Positions 1 to 9,056 of a stretch of DNA of 64,000 bases are shown here, piece by piece. Made by a program: the position numbers and the translations under genes. Source of the stretch: an uncultured Omnitrophica bacterium (GTDB taxonomy: Bacteria; Omnitrophota; Gorgyraeia; JACQQV01); contig CAMTXH010000019.1 of NCBI GenBank assembly GCA_947085655.1, positions 3,827-67,826 on the forward strand. Reading direction: 5' to 3'. Under the pieces are notes generated by a model. It saw only the letters and a program-made list of their open reading frames with translations, was not told the origin of the DNA and ran no database searches. Within the stretch, counting starts at the first letter, position 1; each line of letters opens with the position of its first letter.

Positions 1-703
1 AAAACCGCCGCGCAAAAAGGGCCAGCACCCCTTTCAAATCGGAAAACCGGACATCCCGGTCCACCCAAAGCCCCTCCACCTGATGAAACATGAAGGAATG
101 GCTTGCATCCACCGCATCCGGCCGGAAGACCCGCCCCGGTGCCACAATCCGAAGAGGGGGCTTTTCCTTTTCCATCACCCGGATCTGAACCGTGGAGGTC
201 TGACTCCGGAGAAGCCATTTGTCATCCAGATAAAAAGTGTCGAAGGTATCCCGGGAGGGATGGGCAAGAGGAATGTTCAGGGCATCGAAATTATAATATT
301 CTGTTTCAATCTCCGGCCCTTCTGCAATGCGAAAACCAAGCGTCAAAAAAATCTCGGAGATGTCGTCAATCGCCTGGGAAAGAGGATGGCGTTTTGTCAC
401 TTCGACGGGAAGTCCCGGCAGCGTCGCATCGATCCCCAGGGAGGTCTTCCCCTCGGTCTTTCCCAAGCGTCTTAATTTTTCCTCGATCCTGGACCTGATT
501 TTTTCTTTGAGGGCGTTCGTCCTCTGACCGACAACGGGCCGCTCGGCCGGAGGCAGGGCCGAGATTTCCTTCAGGATGAATGCCAGAGGACTTTGCCGGC
601 CCAAGAACTTAATCCGCAACGCCTCAAGCAGTTCCCGGCTGCCGGCTTCTTCAATCTCGGAAAGAGCGGATGCCTCCAAGGCATCCAGTGTTTCCTTGAC
701 CAA
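1..703 (-). CDS. pheS: Phenylalanine--tRNA ligase alpha subunit (runs off the window's left edge)
   Basis: Not in the ORF track. Minus-strand translation from TTG at 703 gives MVKETLDALEASALSEIEEAGSRELLEALRIKFLGRQS... and the motif HSFMFHQVEG near position 70-100. Lies directly after rplT. Confidence 0.93.
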   Translation of the reverse strand, partial: MVKETLDALEASALSEIEEAGSRELLEALRIKFLGRQSPLAFILKEISALPPAERPVVGQRTNALKEKIRSRIEEKLRRLGKTEGKTSLGIDATLPGLPVEVTKRHPLSQAIDDISEIFLTLGFRIAEGPEIETEYYNFDALNIPLAHPSRDTFDTFYLDDKWLLRSQTSTVQIRVMEKEKPPLRIVAPGRVFRPDAVDASHSFMFHQVEGLWVDRDVRFSDLKGVLALFARRF

Positions 704-705
704 AA

Positions 706-1062
706 TTAACCTCTGGCTCCCTTGGCCAATTGAACCAACTGTTGAAAAGTCCCGGAATCATTCAACGCGATGTCCGCAAGAATCTTCCGGTCGAGGGCGA
801 TCTTTGCTTCTTTCAGCCCCTTGATCAATCGGGAATAGGAAAGCCCCTCGTTCCGGCAGGCAGCATTGATGCGGGCCACCCAAAGCCGGCGGAAATCCCG
901 TTTCCTGGTCTTCCGGTCCCGCGTGGCATACACGAGACTCCGGGTGACCGTATCGTCGGCGACCGTGTACAGGCGATGCCGGCCACCCCAGTATCCCTTC
1001 GCCTGTTTGAAAACGCGCTTTTTCCTTCTGCGCTTCGCAACTCCATGACGGACTCTTGGCAT
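706..1062 (-). CDS. rplT: 50S ribosomal protein L20
   Basis: MPRVRHG...AKGYWG...[21 protein letters not shown]; infC-rpmI-rplT order. Confidence 0.98.
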   Translation of the reverse strand: MPRVRHGVAKRRRKKRVFKQAKGYWGGRHRLYTVADDTVTRSLVYATRDRKTRKRDFRRLWVARINAACRNEGLSYSRLIKGLKEAKIALDRKILADIALNDSGTFQQLVQLAKGARG

Positions 1063-1266
1063 CTATTTCCTCCCGTAGGGTAACAGTTTCTTGATCAGTC
1101 GTTTTTCCACTTTCGAAATCAAAACACTCCTCCGGAGCCGGCGCGTCCTCTTTGAGGATTTGTGGCCCAAAAGATGGCGCCTGCCGACCTGGAAGCGCCT
1201 GAATTTTCCGCGCTTGGTCATTTGGATCCGCTTTAAAACGGCTTTTTTCGTCTTCAATTTTGGCAT
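1063..1266 (-). CDS. rpmI: 50S ribosomal protein L35
   Basis: MPKLKTKKAVLKR...RHLLGHKSSKRTRRLR...LLPY. Confidence 0.97.
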   Translation of the reverse strand: MPKLKTKKAVLKRIQMTKRGKFRRFQVGRRHLLGHKSSKRTRRLRRSVLISKVEKRLIKKLLPYGRK

Positions 1267-1277
1267 CGTTTCATCCC

Positions 1278-1787
1278 TTATGATTTCGCTGAAACCAACA
1301 GAATCAAATTGCGTCCTTCGGAGATCGGCCCCTTATCCACTTCCCCGATTTCCGAAAGATCACTGGCAAAGCGGCTTAAGACGGAACGCCCCAGTTCCTG
1401 ATGGGCCATTTCGCGCCCCCGAAAGACAAGGGACACCTTGATCCGGTCCCCCCGCTTCAGGAACCGCTGTGCATGGTTGAGCTTGACCTGATAATCATGC
1501 TCTCCAATCTTTGGCTTGAGTCGGATTTCCTTGATATGGATGACGCGCTGTTTCCGGCGCGCCGCTTTTTCCTTCTTTTCCTGTTCGTACTTGTATTTGC
1601 TGTAATCCATCACGCGGCAGACCGGCGGCGACGTTTGGGGGGAAACTTCCACCAGGTCAAGACCATACCCGACCGCCTGTTTCAGCGCCTCCCGCGTATC
1701 CAAGACACCCAGTTGTTCGCCCTCGGGCCCGATCAATCGGACCTTATCGGCACGAATCCTGTCATTGACTCGTATGCGCCTAAGAAT
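1278..1787 (-). CDS. infC: Translation initiation factor IF-3 (probable ATT start)
   Basis: RVNDRI..VRLIG, DLVEVSP...PPVCRVMDY, HDYQVK, FRGRE motifs. AGGAGG lies 7 nt upstream of an in-frame ATT at 1787. Confidence 0.96.
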   Translation of the reverse strand: MLRRIRVNDRIRADKVRLIGPEGEQLGVLDTREALKQAVGYGLDLVEVSPQTSPPVCRVMDYSKYKYEQEKKEKAARRKQRVIHIKEIRLKPKIGEHDYQVKLNHAQRFLKRGDRIKVSLVFRGREMAHQELGRSVLSRFASDLSEIGEVDKGPISEGRNLILLVSAKS

Positions 1788-3513
1788 GGGATGTCCTCCT
1801 TTCTTTGATCTCCTTCTGCAGTTTCTCAATCAACGCCCGGGGAGTCATCTTCCCGAGATCCCCTGCGCGCCGTTCACGCACCGAAAGGACTTTCTCCTTC
1901 TCCTCTTTCTCCCCGACAACCACCATATAAGGAATCTGTTCGTTCTGGGCATCCCGGATTTTATATTGCATCTTTTCCTTGCGCTCATCCGAAAGGACTC
2001 GAAGACCGGCCGCCCGAAGTTCGGCCTCCTTCTGTTTGGCATAACCGAGGTTCGCTTCTGTGATCGGGATAAGGACCGCCTGAACCGGCGCAAGCCAGAG
2101 CGGAAAAGCCCCTGCGTAATGTTCGATAAGGATTCCGAAAAAGCGTTCCAGACTTCCCAGAATCGCCCGGTGAATCATAATCGGGCGATGCTCCTTCCCG
2201 TCCGCGCCCGCGTAAGAAAGGTCGAAGCGGGCCGGCAGGGCAAAGTCACACTGAATCGTGGCGCACTGCCAAAGCCTTCCTAAGACATCTTTCAATTTAA
2301 TATCGATCTTGGGACCGTAGAAGGCCCCTCCCCCCTTGGCAATCTTCACCTCGCCGAATTTCCGCTTCCCCGCCTCCATCAGTGCCGCTTCGGCTTTGTC
2401 CCAATCGCTCTTTTCCCCCACAAATTTTTCGGGACGTGTACTGAGTTCAATATCAAATTCGCTGAACCCAAAATCTTTCATCGTCTGAAAGGTGAAATCG
2501 ATCACCCCAGCGATTTCATCCACCAGTTGCTCCTCGGAACAGAAAAGATGCGCATCATCCTGCGTGAATCCGCGGACCCGAAGGAGCCCGTGCAGCACTC
2601 CCGCCCGCTCATTCCGATAAACGGTCCCGAGCTCGAAAAACCGAAGCGGAAGCTCCCGGTAACTCCGAAGACACGATTTGTAAATCAAAACATGGCCGGG
2701 GCAGTTCATCGGTTTAACGCCGAAGTGTTGCCCCTCCGCCTCGAATAAAAACATGTTTTCCTTGTAATAATCCAGGTGGCCCGATTGCTTCCAGATGTTC
2801 GTCCGCAAAAGATGCGGCGTCCCGACGAACTGATATCCCCGCCCAAGATGGGTTTCCCGAACATAATCCTCAATCAGTTTCCGGACCATGGCTCCTTTGG
2901 GGTGATAAAACACAAGCCCCGCCCCCGCTTCTTCCTCGATCGTGAAAAGGCCGAGGGCCGGCCCGAGTTTCCGGTGGTCCCGCTTTTTCGCCTCTTCCCG
3001 CATCTTGAGGAACTGGTCGAGGTCCTTCTGGGTGGGGAAAGCGGTCCCATGAATCCGCTGGAGCATTTTGTTCGATTCCTTCCCGTACCAATAGGCCCCG
3101 GCAATACTCAACAGTTTAAAAGCGCCTATCTCGCCCGTTCTGGAAACATGCGGCCCCTGGCAAAGATCCACAAAATCCCCGTCGCTGTAAAGGGAAACCT
3201 GTTCCTCCTGAATCCGGTTCAGAATTCGGTCCACCTTGTACGGCTCGTTTTTCTTTTTGAAAAATTCGGCCGCCTCCTTCCGTTTCATGAAGGACTGCTT
3301 GAAGGGATGGTTTTCCTTGACGATTTTTCTCATCTCCGCCTCAATCTTCGGAAAGTGATCTTCGGTGATCGTTTCCGGGCAGTCGATGTCGTAGAAAAAA
3401 CCGTCCACCGTCGGCGGGCCGTCATCAAATTTCGCCTCCGGCCAGAGCCGCTTGATCGCCTGGGCCATCACATGGCTTGTGGAATGTCTCAACCGCTCCA
3501 GATCCTGAGTCAT
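1780..3513 (-). CDS. thrS: Threonine--tRNA ligase (short form, no N-terminal TGS domain)
   Basis: RHSTSHVMAQA, DLCQGPH, RDHRKLG, KPMNCPGH, RGFTQDDAH, GAFYGPKID, HRAILGSLERF. Confidence 0.98.
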   Translation of the reverse strand: MTQDLERLRHSTSHVMAQAIKRLWPEAKFDDGPPTVDGFFYDIDCPETITEDHFPKIEAEMRKIVKENHPFKQSFMKRKEAAEFFKKKNEPYKVDRILNRIQEEQVSLYSDGDFVDLCQGPHVSRTGEIGAFKLLSIAGAYWYGKESNKMLQRIHGTAFPTQKDLDQFLKMREEAKKRDHRKLGPALGLFTIEEEAGAGLVFYHPKGAMVRKLIEDYVRETHLGRGYQFVGTPHLLRTNIWKQSGHLDYYKENMFLFEAEGQHFGVKPMNCPGHVLIYKSCLRSYRELPLRFFELGTVYRNERAGVLHGLLRVRGFTQDDAHLFCSEEQLVDEIAGVIDFTFQTMKDFGFSEFDIELSTRPEKFVGEKSDWDKAEAALMEAGKRKFGEVKIAKGGGAFYGPKIDIKLKDVLGRLWQCATIQCDFALPARFDLSYAGADGKEHRPIMIHRAILGSLERFFGILIEHYAGAFPLWLAPVQAVLIPITEANLGYAKQKEAELRAAGLRVLSDERKEKMQYKIRDAQNEQIPYMVVVGEKEEKEKVLSVRERRAGDLGKMTPRALIEKLQKEIKERRTSHS

Positions 3514-5589
3514 TTACAGGTACCCCAGTGATTTTAACATCCGCATTTTCTCCGCAGAAACGGTTGGGGAAGTATCGGGTTTCTGCAGGAGATGCGTTTT
3601 CAAATAGAGCGCTGCCCGGTTTCGAAGGGGATGGTTTGCCATTTCATCGCTGTAAAGATTTTGTTTCTCTTTTTTGTCCTTTTGCAAGTCGTACATCTCT
3701 GGAGGACGAAGGGAAGACAAAATGATTTTATACTTCCCTTCCTGGAACGAAAAAGCGGTTTCTTTATAAAGAGCCAAATCAATATCAGGGTGTTTTTGGT
3801 GAAACCGCTCCATCGACCAGTAGGTGCCGGATTGCGCCGCGATAACCCAGGAGGAAGATTTCTCTCCGCCATTCCACAAGGGGACAAGGCTTTCTCCGTC
3901 GATCCCTTCCAAAGGGTGAAGCCCCGCAAGGTCCAAAAGTGTCGGCGCAATATCGGAAAGTTGCGCGGGCGAATGAATTTCCCCCGGAGGGATCACGCCG
4001 GGGTAGCGGATCAAAAGAGGAACATGCAAGGCCTCCTCATAGAGCCCGGTGAGGTGGCTTATCAGACCATGCTCCCCGAAATATTCTCCGTGATCGGAAG
4101 TCACGACAAGAATGCTACGGTTCAAAAGACCGTGTTGGCGGAGGACATCGAGAAACTCTCCCAAGAAAAAGTCAAGATAGGCAATCTCCCCATCGTAAAG
4201 GTCGGAAAGCATCCTGAGTTCCGCTTCATGATCGCTTGGCCCCTCTAGAAAGTACGTCACTCCCTTTTGACTCAACGACAAAAGCGTTTTTTTGGGCCAG
4301 CGCTGGCTCAAAAAAGCCTCGCTCACTCCCGGATGAAATCGATACTCCCGGTGGGCCTCCATATAATTGACGAACAGAAAAAAGGGTTTGCGGGAGAGGC
4401 GGTTTTCATAGACAAGCCACTGTTTTAAACTTGCATTCAGCGAAGGGGCGCTCAGAGAAGAAACGCCCCGAAGCCGCGCTGCGACGCGACTGGCCAAAGA
4501 GCGCTTCTCAAACGCTCCGACCACCACCAGCTGGTCGAATCCGCGATGAAGTCCTGTCCATTCCGCAATGACACCGTTCGCGGTAAAGCCCACCGTCCGG
4601 TACCCCTGACTGCGAAGAGTCTCTGCTAAGGTGGTGTGATGTTCGGACAGATAATATGTCTTTGTATCCGCCCCATGTCGCAACGGGAGAAGTCCCGTAA
4701 AAAGAGAGGCGTGCGACGGCAGTGTCCAATGCGAGGTTGCCTTCGCCTCACGGAAGAGAGCCCCCTCTTCAGACAATCGGTCAAACGTGGGAGAGGTTTT
4801 CTTGAAGTAACCGTAACGGGAGAGCCGGTCGGATCGGACGGTATCCAACACGATAACAATGAGATTCGGCTGCTCAGAAGAAGCCGGAGGGGCGAGACGA
4901 AACGCATACCCCGCGCCACTGAGGCAAAGACAAAACAAAAAAAGGAACCATTGTCTGCTTGGTATTTTTAAAAAGGGCGAAATCCATTTTCGGAGGAAAA
5001 AGATTCCAACGAAACTGAGACATGCAAGAATCCCCAACCCACCGTACAGCACAGGGAAGATGAGTTCTTTCTTCAACCGAGGGTCAGGAAAGGGAGTGCG
5101 AAGGTAGATACTGAGAAACTGGCCCACAAGAAGGAACAGAGAAAAGATCAAAAAGGCGGCGAGGCCATTCTTTCGTATCTCCTCCAAGGGCTTTCTTCGA
5201 AGAAAGGACAAGAAGAGAAACCCCGAAACGGCCAGAAAGAACCCCCAAAGGAGGTTGGGCACTTTCGGCGCTCCCCATAATAGCCGAAGCGCCCCATCTC
5301 CAAAACTGGCCCACTCAAAAAGGGCGATCCCCCCGCTCAAAAGGGCGGCGTAAACAAAAGCGGGCGGGCCTCCTGCCGCTGCGAAAAGAGCACCGGCGGT
5401 CACAGAGACCAAAAGGTAAAGCGGGAGCGCGCGGACGCTCTCCCCCAAAAGAAAATGGGGAAACGGCTCCCCTCGCAACAGATCTCCCCCTCCTCCGATC
5501 AGACAGAAGGCGACTTCCGCCATCCAAAAAAGGAGGGCGAGTGCCGTCCCGGCATAAATCCCTTCAAATAAGATTTCTCTTCTCTTCAT
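3514..5589 (-). CDS. Membrane-anchored sulfatase-like / alkaline-phosphatase-superfamily protein
   Basis: Multiple N-terminal TM segments, then PNLIVIVLDTVRSD, WTLPSHASLFTG, NYMEAH and TSDHGE. Start set at ATG 5589 because the longer ORF runs into tRNA-Val. Confidence 0.85.
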   Translation of the reverse strand: MKRREILFEGIYAGTALALLFWMAEVAFCLIGGGGDLLRGEPFPHFLLGESVRALPLYLLVSVTAGALFAAAGGPPAFVYAALLSGGIALFEWASFGDGALRLLWGAPKVPNLLWGFFLAVSGFLFLSFLRRKPLEEIRKNGLAAFLIFSLFLLVGQFLSIYLRTPFPDPRLKKELIFPVLYGGLGILACLSFVGIFFLRKWISPFLKIPSRQWFLFLFCLCLSGAGYAFRLAPPASSEQPNLIVIVLDTVRSDRLSRYGYFKKTSPTFDRLSEEGALFREAKATSHWTLPSHASLFTGLLPLRHGADTKTYYLSEHHTTLAETLRSQGYRTVGFTANGVIAEWTGLHRGFDQLVVVGAFEKRSLASRVAARLRGVSSLSAPSLNASLKQWLVYENRLSRKPFFLFVNYMEAHREYRFHPGVSEAFLSQRWPKKTLLSLSQKGVTYFLEGPSDHEAELRMLSDLYDGEIAYLDFFLGEFLDVLRQHGLLNRSILVVTSDHGEYFGEHGLISHLTGLYEEALHVPLLIRYPGVIPPGEIHSPAQLSDIAPTLLDLAGLHPLEGIDGESLVPLWNGGEKSSSWVIAAQSGTYWSMERFHQKHPDIDLALYKETAFSFQEGKYKIILSSLRPPEMYDLQKDKKEKQNLYSDEMANHPLRNRAALYLKTHLLQKPDTSPTVSAEKMRMLKSLGYL

Positions 5590-5606
5590 GACACCCCGCA
5601 CTGAAA

Positions 5607-5683
5607 TGGTGGGCGGTACAGGACTCGAACCTGTGACCTCTTGGATGTCGACCAAGCGCTCTAACCAACTGAGCTAACCGCCC
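5607..5683 (-). tRNA. tRNA-Val(GAC)
   Basis: GGGCGGT/ACCGCCC acceptor stem, anticodon arm CTTGG-TCGACAT-CCAAG, GGTTCGAGTCC, encoded CCA. Confidence 0.95.
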
Positions 5684-5691
5684 CTAAAAAC

Positions 5692-5771
5692 GGTGTGTGG
5701 TGTTTGGTGTCAGGTGTTAGGTAAAAGAGGGATTTCTACGATCCTTACACCTTTCACCTGACACCTTTCAC
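5692..5771. repeat. Two inverted arrays of 7-nt repeats
   Basis: GGTGTGT GGTGTTT GGTGTCA GGTGTTA (5692-5719) and CCTTACA CCTTTCA CCTGACA CCTTTCA (5743-5770). Confidence 0.7.
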
Positions 5772-5779
5772 TGTTTTAA

Positions 5780-5863
5780 TGGTGGGCGAGGAGGGACTCG
5801 AACCCTCAAGCCTTGCGGCAATGGATTTTAAGTCCATAGCGTATACCATTCCGCCACTCGCCC
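5780..5863 (-). tRNA. tRNA-Leu(TAA)
   Basis: GGGCGAG/CTCGCCC stem, ATGGA-CTTAAAA-TCCAT anticodon arm, long variable arm, CCA. Confidence 0.96.
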
Positions 5864-5878
5864 CTGAAAAACGGTGAT

Positions 5879-5953
5879 TGGAGGCGACGGTCGGAATCGA
5901 ACCGACGTATAGGGGTTTTGCAGACCCCCGCCTTACCATTTGGCTACGTCGCC
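5879..5953 (-). tRNA. tRNA-Cys(GCA)
   Basis: GGCGACG/CGTCGCC stem, GGGGT-CTGCAAA-ACCCC anticodon arm, U73 + CCA. Confidence 0.96.
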
Positions 5954-6618
5954 CGGAAATGTTTCGATGCCATCAACTCTTCAATCGCATCCAAAAGGAC
6001 GGTGGCAATTTTTTGTTTCCCGATCCGTCTCAGAGTCTTATGCCGGCCGTCCTTCCATAAAACATGAACACTGACCCGGCCGCCGCCGAATGGATCGTTC
6101 CCACGCGTTACCTGATTGGCCACGATTAAATCGAGTTTCTTTGCCCGGAGCTTCTTGAGTGCATTTTGAAGCAAAGAAGAAGTTTCGAGGGCAAACCCCA
6201 CAAAAATCCGGTTCCCCTTCCGGCGGCTCAGCGTCCCGACAATGTCCGGATTCTCTTCCAAGACAAGCGTCGTGGTTTTCCCCTTCCGTTTCAGTTTGTT
6301 CCGAAAGACCCGTCGGGCACGATAATCGGAAACAGCCGCGCTCATCACCAGCACGTCGATTTTCGAAAATGCCGAACGAACCGCCCGGTACATCTGGCGC
6401 CCACTCATGACGTCTATCCAACGGACCCCTGAAAGGGGACGGAGTCGCGTCGGTCCTGCCACGCAGGTGACCCGGTAGCCCCGTTTTTTACCCTCCCGGG
6501 CGATTGTGTATCCCAATGTTCCGGTGGCCCGGTTGGTCAGGAAGCGGACCGGATCGATGAATTCCCATGTGGGGCCGAGTGTGACCAGAATATGGGATTT
6601 CTGGGAGGAAGGCGTCAT
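5944..6618 (-). CDS. coaB: Phosphopantothenate--cysteine ligase
   Basis: LVTLGPTWEFIDPVRFLTNRATG, AAVSDY, VGFALET, DLIVAN. Confidence 0.93.
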   Translation of the reverse strand: MTPSSQKSHILVTLGPTWEFIDPVRFLTNRATGTLGYTIAREGKKRGYRVTCVAGPTRLRPLSGVRWIDVMSGRQMYRAVRSAFSKIDVLVMSAAVSDYRARRVFRNKLKRKGKTTTLVLEENPDIVGTLSRRKGNRIFVGFALETSSLLQNALKKLRAKKLDLIVANQVTRGNDPFGGGRVSVHVLWKDGRHKTLRRIGKQKIATVLLDAIEELMASKHFRAT

Positions 6619-6619
6619 G

Positions 6620-7159
6620 TTACCGTAAGAGACGTTTCACGGCGGAAAGGATTTCTTCCGTTGTAGCAATATGGCCGAGCCCCTCGATGTTGCAGGTTAG
6701 ATGACCCTTCACCGGGCCGACAAAGTGAGTGCCCAATTTTTTGAGAGAGGCGATATTGTTTTTCACCACCGGCTGTTCAAACATGACGTCGCTCATGGCA
6801 GGGCAGAGAAGGAGGCGCGCCTTTGTCGCAGCGATAATGCATGTCAACAAATCATCATAAATGCCGTGGGCCAGTTTCCCGATGAGATTCGCCGAACAGG
6901 GAGACACGAGAATAAGATCCGCCCACCGGGCCAGCGTCGTATGCACCGGCCCCTCCACCTGGCCGGCTTCAAACAAATCGGTGTAAACTTTGTGCCGTGA
7001 AAGGACCTCGAGACTGAGCGGCCGGATGAACTCCCCCGCTTCTTTCGTCATCACGCACCGGACCTGATAAGATCTCTCCGTCAGGCGGTTCACCAGGTCA
7101 CAGGTCATATAACAGGCAATGCTTCCGGTAAGCCCCAGAAGGATCTTTTTGCTTGCCAA
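6620..7159 (-). CDS. coaC: Phosphopantothenoylcysteine decarboxylase (flavoprotein)
   Basis: LLGLTGSIA, H..LARWAD, PCSANLIGKLAHG..DDLLT, PAM, G-L-T-C motif. Confidence 0.93.
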   Translation of the reverse strand: MASKKILLGLTGSIACYMTCDLVNRLTERSYQVRCVMTKEAGEFIRPLSLEVLSRHKVYTDLFEAGQVEGPVHTTLARWADLILVSPCSANLIGKLAHGIYDDLLTCIIAATKARLLLCPAMSDVMFEQPVVKNNIASLKKLGTHFVGPVKGHLTCNIEGLGHIATTEEILSAVKRLLR

Positions 7160-7357
7160 CTACTTTTCCTTCGGTTTGAAGGAGACTTTCCCCTGACGGA
7201 TTTCTTCCAGTGCGATGGTGGTCGTCTTCAGATTCTTGACGGGGATCAGCGGGAGAAGCCCCCCCGTCAGTTCCGCCGAACGGCGGGCGGCTGCATTCAC
7301 CAGTTGATAGACGCTTCCGGTCTTGGCTATCAGTTCTTCAATAGGAATATTAATCAT
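7160..7357 (-). CDS. rpoZ: RNA polymerase omega subunit
   Basis: SVYQLVNAAARR...TTIALEEI..GK; gmk-rpoZ-coaBC synteny. Confidence 0.92.
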   Translation of the reverse strand: MINIPIEELIAKTGSVYQLVNAAARRSAELTGGLLPLIPVKNLKTTTIALEEIRQGKVSFKPKEK

Positions 7358-7923
7358 CCCTCTCTCCTTAAATGTTTCTTTTGAATAATCTGTTTCAATC
7401 TTCGAAGCGCCCGATTTAAATCGTCGTTTACCACCGCATAATCGTACCAGCGGCTCTGACGCATTTCCCTCCCGGCAATTCGCAGGCGCCGACGGATCTC
7501 CGAGGGTTTTTCGCTTTTCCGTCCCGAAAGCCGTCGCTCTAAAGTTTCAAAACTCGGCGGGAGGAGGAAAATCGTTGTCGCCCCTTTGAAACGCTTCTTG
7601 ACCGCCCGCGCCCCCCGGCCATCCAAAAGAAGGAGCACATCCTTCCCATTAGCCAAATTTTCATTCAACGGCCGAAGAGGCGTCCCATAATAGGCGCCTG
7701 AAAAGGAAGTCCATTCCAAAAGCCCCCCCGTTCGCCGGAGCCGGTAAAACTCCTTTTTCGAAATAAAAAGATAATCCTTCCCTTCCGTCTCGCCCCGTCG
7801 TGGACGGCGCGTCGTCACGGAAATCGAACGGACGAGTCTCCGAGTCGTCGAAAGCAGCCGGTTGCAAAGGGTGGTCTTCCCCGTGCCCGAAGGGGCGGAG
7901 AGAACAAAAGGTTTTCCGGTCAA
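7354..7923 (-). CDS. gmk: Guanylate kinase
   Basis: [34 protein letters not shown]. Confidence 0.96.
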   Translation of the reverse strand: MTGKPFVLSAPSGTGKTTLCNRLLSTTRRLVRSISVTTRRPRRGETEGKDYLFISKKEFYRLRRTGGLLEWTSFSGAYYGTPLRPLNENLANGKDVLLLLDGRGARAVKKRFKGATTIFLLPPSFETLERRLSGRKSEKPSEIRRRLRIAGREMRQSRWYDYAVVNDDLNRALRRLKQIIQKKHLRREG

Positions 7924-8162
7924 ATTTTCTCTGTAATCCGCTGAGCAATCGTCTCGGGCTGGGCACTGGAGAGGATGACATGATCACTGTCGGTGATCAC
8001 GATGGCGCGTGTCCGTCGTCCGTGCGTTGCGTCGATCAGCTTCCGGTTTCGTCGCGCCTCCTCCCGCATCCGCCTCATCGGTGCCGCCTCCGGTGCAACC
8101 ACTGCCACAATCCGATCCCGCATCACGACATTATTGAATCCCAAATTAACGAGAAGCCCCAT
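7920..8162 (-). CDS. DUF370/RemA-family protein
   Basis: NLGFNNVV...[24 protein letters not shown]; yicC-remA-gmk synteny. Confidence 0.9.
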   Translation of the reverse strand: MGLLVNLGFNNVVMRDRIVAVVAPEAAPMRRMREEARRNRKLIDATHGRRTRAIVITDSDHVILSSAQPETIAQRITEKI

Positions 8163-8165
8163 GCA

Positions 8166-9044
8166 TCACGCCACATTCTGAATCTGTTCCCGGATCCGTT
8201 CAATTTCCCCCTTGACCTGAACAACGCTCTGGGAAATTTCAAGATCCCGGGACTTCTGCCCGATGGTGTTGATCTCCCGTTGAAGCTCCTGGGCAATAAA
8301 ATCAAGTTTCCGGCCGACCCCTTCTTTCAGGGAAAGGGCTTTCTGAAAAGCCTCCAAATGTACTTTAAGCCGCGTCAATTCCTCGGTGATATCGGAATTC
8401 TCCGCGAAAAAGACGACTTCCTGCTCAAGCCGTTCCCGGTCCATTTTCTCTGAACCGATGAGTTCCTTGATTCGGCCCAGAAGCCGCGACCGGTACTGCT
8501 TCAACACCGCGGGACTCCGCCGGTTGATCTTGGCCAGTTCCTTCTCAACCAATGACACCCTCCGCAAAAGATCCTGGGTGAGCGCTCTCCCTTCGCTTTC
8601 CCGCATCTCGACGAGTTGATCCGTTGCCTTGTCGAGCGCCTCCCGAATCTGCGACCAGATTTCCTGGATTTCCTCCTTTGTCGCATCCATTCTGACAATA
8701 TCCGGAAGGGCCAAAAGGTCCCGCATCTCGATTGGACCCGACAAATTCAATTCTTTTTTGAGGGATAGGAGAGTTTCGTAATAATGTTTGATATGTTTTT
8801 CGTCGATGCGGGCAAGACTGGTGAATTCGCCGTCCCGTTCAAAGGAAACGGTGAGGGTAATCCGGCCCCGTTTGAGTTTCTTAGAAACGGCGTCCCGAAC
8901 CCGGTCCTCCAGGATGGAAAAATGTGCCGGAAGGCGGCTCATGACTTCCAGGAACCGGTGGTTCAGACTCCGGGCCTCCACCACAACGGTCCCCCACTTT
9001 CCTTTTGATTCCCCGCGACCGAATCCGGTCATACTTGTTGCCAT
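8166..9044 (-). CDS. yicC: YicC/YloC family endoribonuclease
   Basis: SMTGFG, SLNHRFLE, DITEELTRL, GRKLDF..QELQREINTIG.K, IREQIQN. Confidence 0.94.
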   Translation of the reverse strand: MATSMTGFGRGESKGKWGTVVVEARSLNHRFLEVMSRLPAHFSILEDRVRDAVSKKLKRGRITLTVSFERDGEFTSLARIDEKHIKHYYETLLSLKKELNLSGPIEMRDLLALPDIVRMDATKEEIQEIWSQIREALDKATDQLVEMRESEGRALTQDLLRRVSLVEKELAKINRRSPAVLKQYRSRLLGRIKELIGSEKMDRERLEQEVVFFAENSDITEELTRLKVHLEAFQKALSLKEGVGRKLDFIAQELQREINTIGQKSRDLEISQSVVQVKGEIERIREQIQNVA

Positions 9045-9056
9045 GTCAACGCCCTT

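Noticed and set aside
5590-5655. Upstream extensions of ORFs (sulfatase-like gene here; likewise rsmI, pyrC, carA, pyrF, htpX, EndoQ)
   Set aside because: They run through tRNAs, repeats or upstream genes; downstream ATGs fit family N-termini better.
5692-5771. Possible CRISPR-like repeats here or at 26620-26826
   Set aside because: No 23-47-bp repeats with unique spacers and no cas genes in the window.
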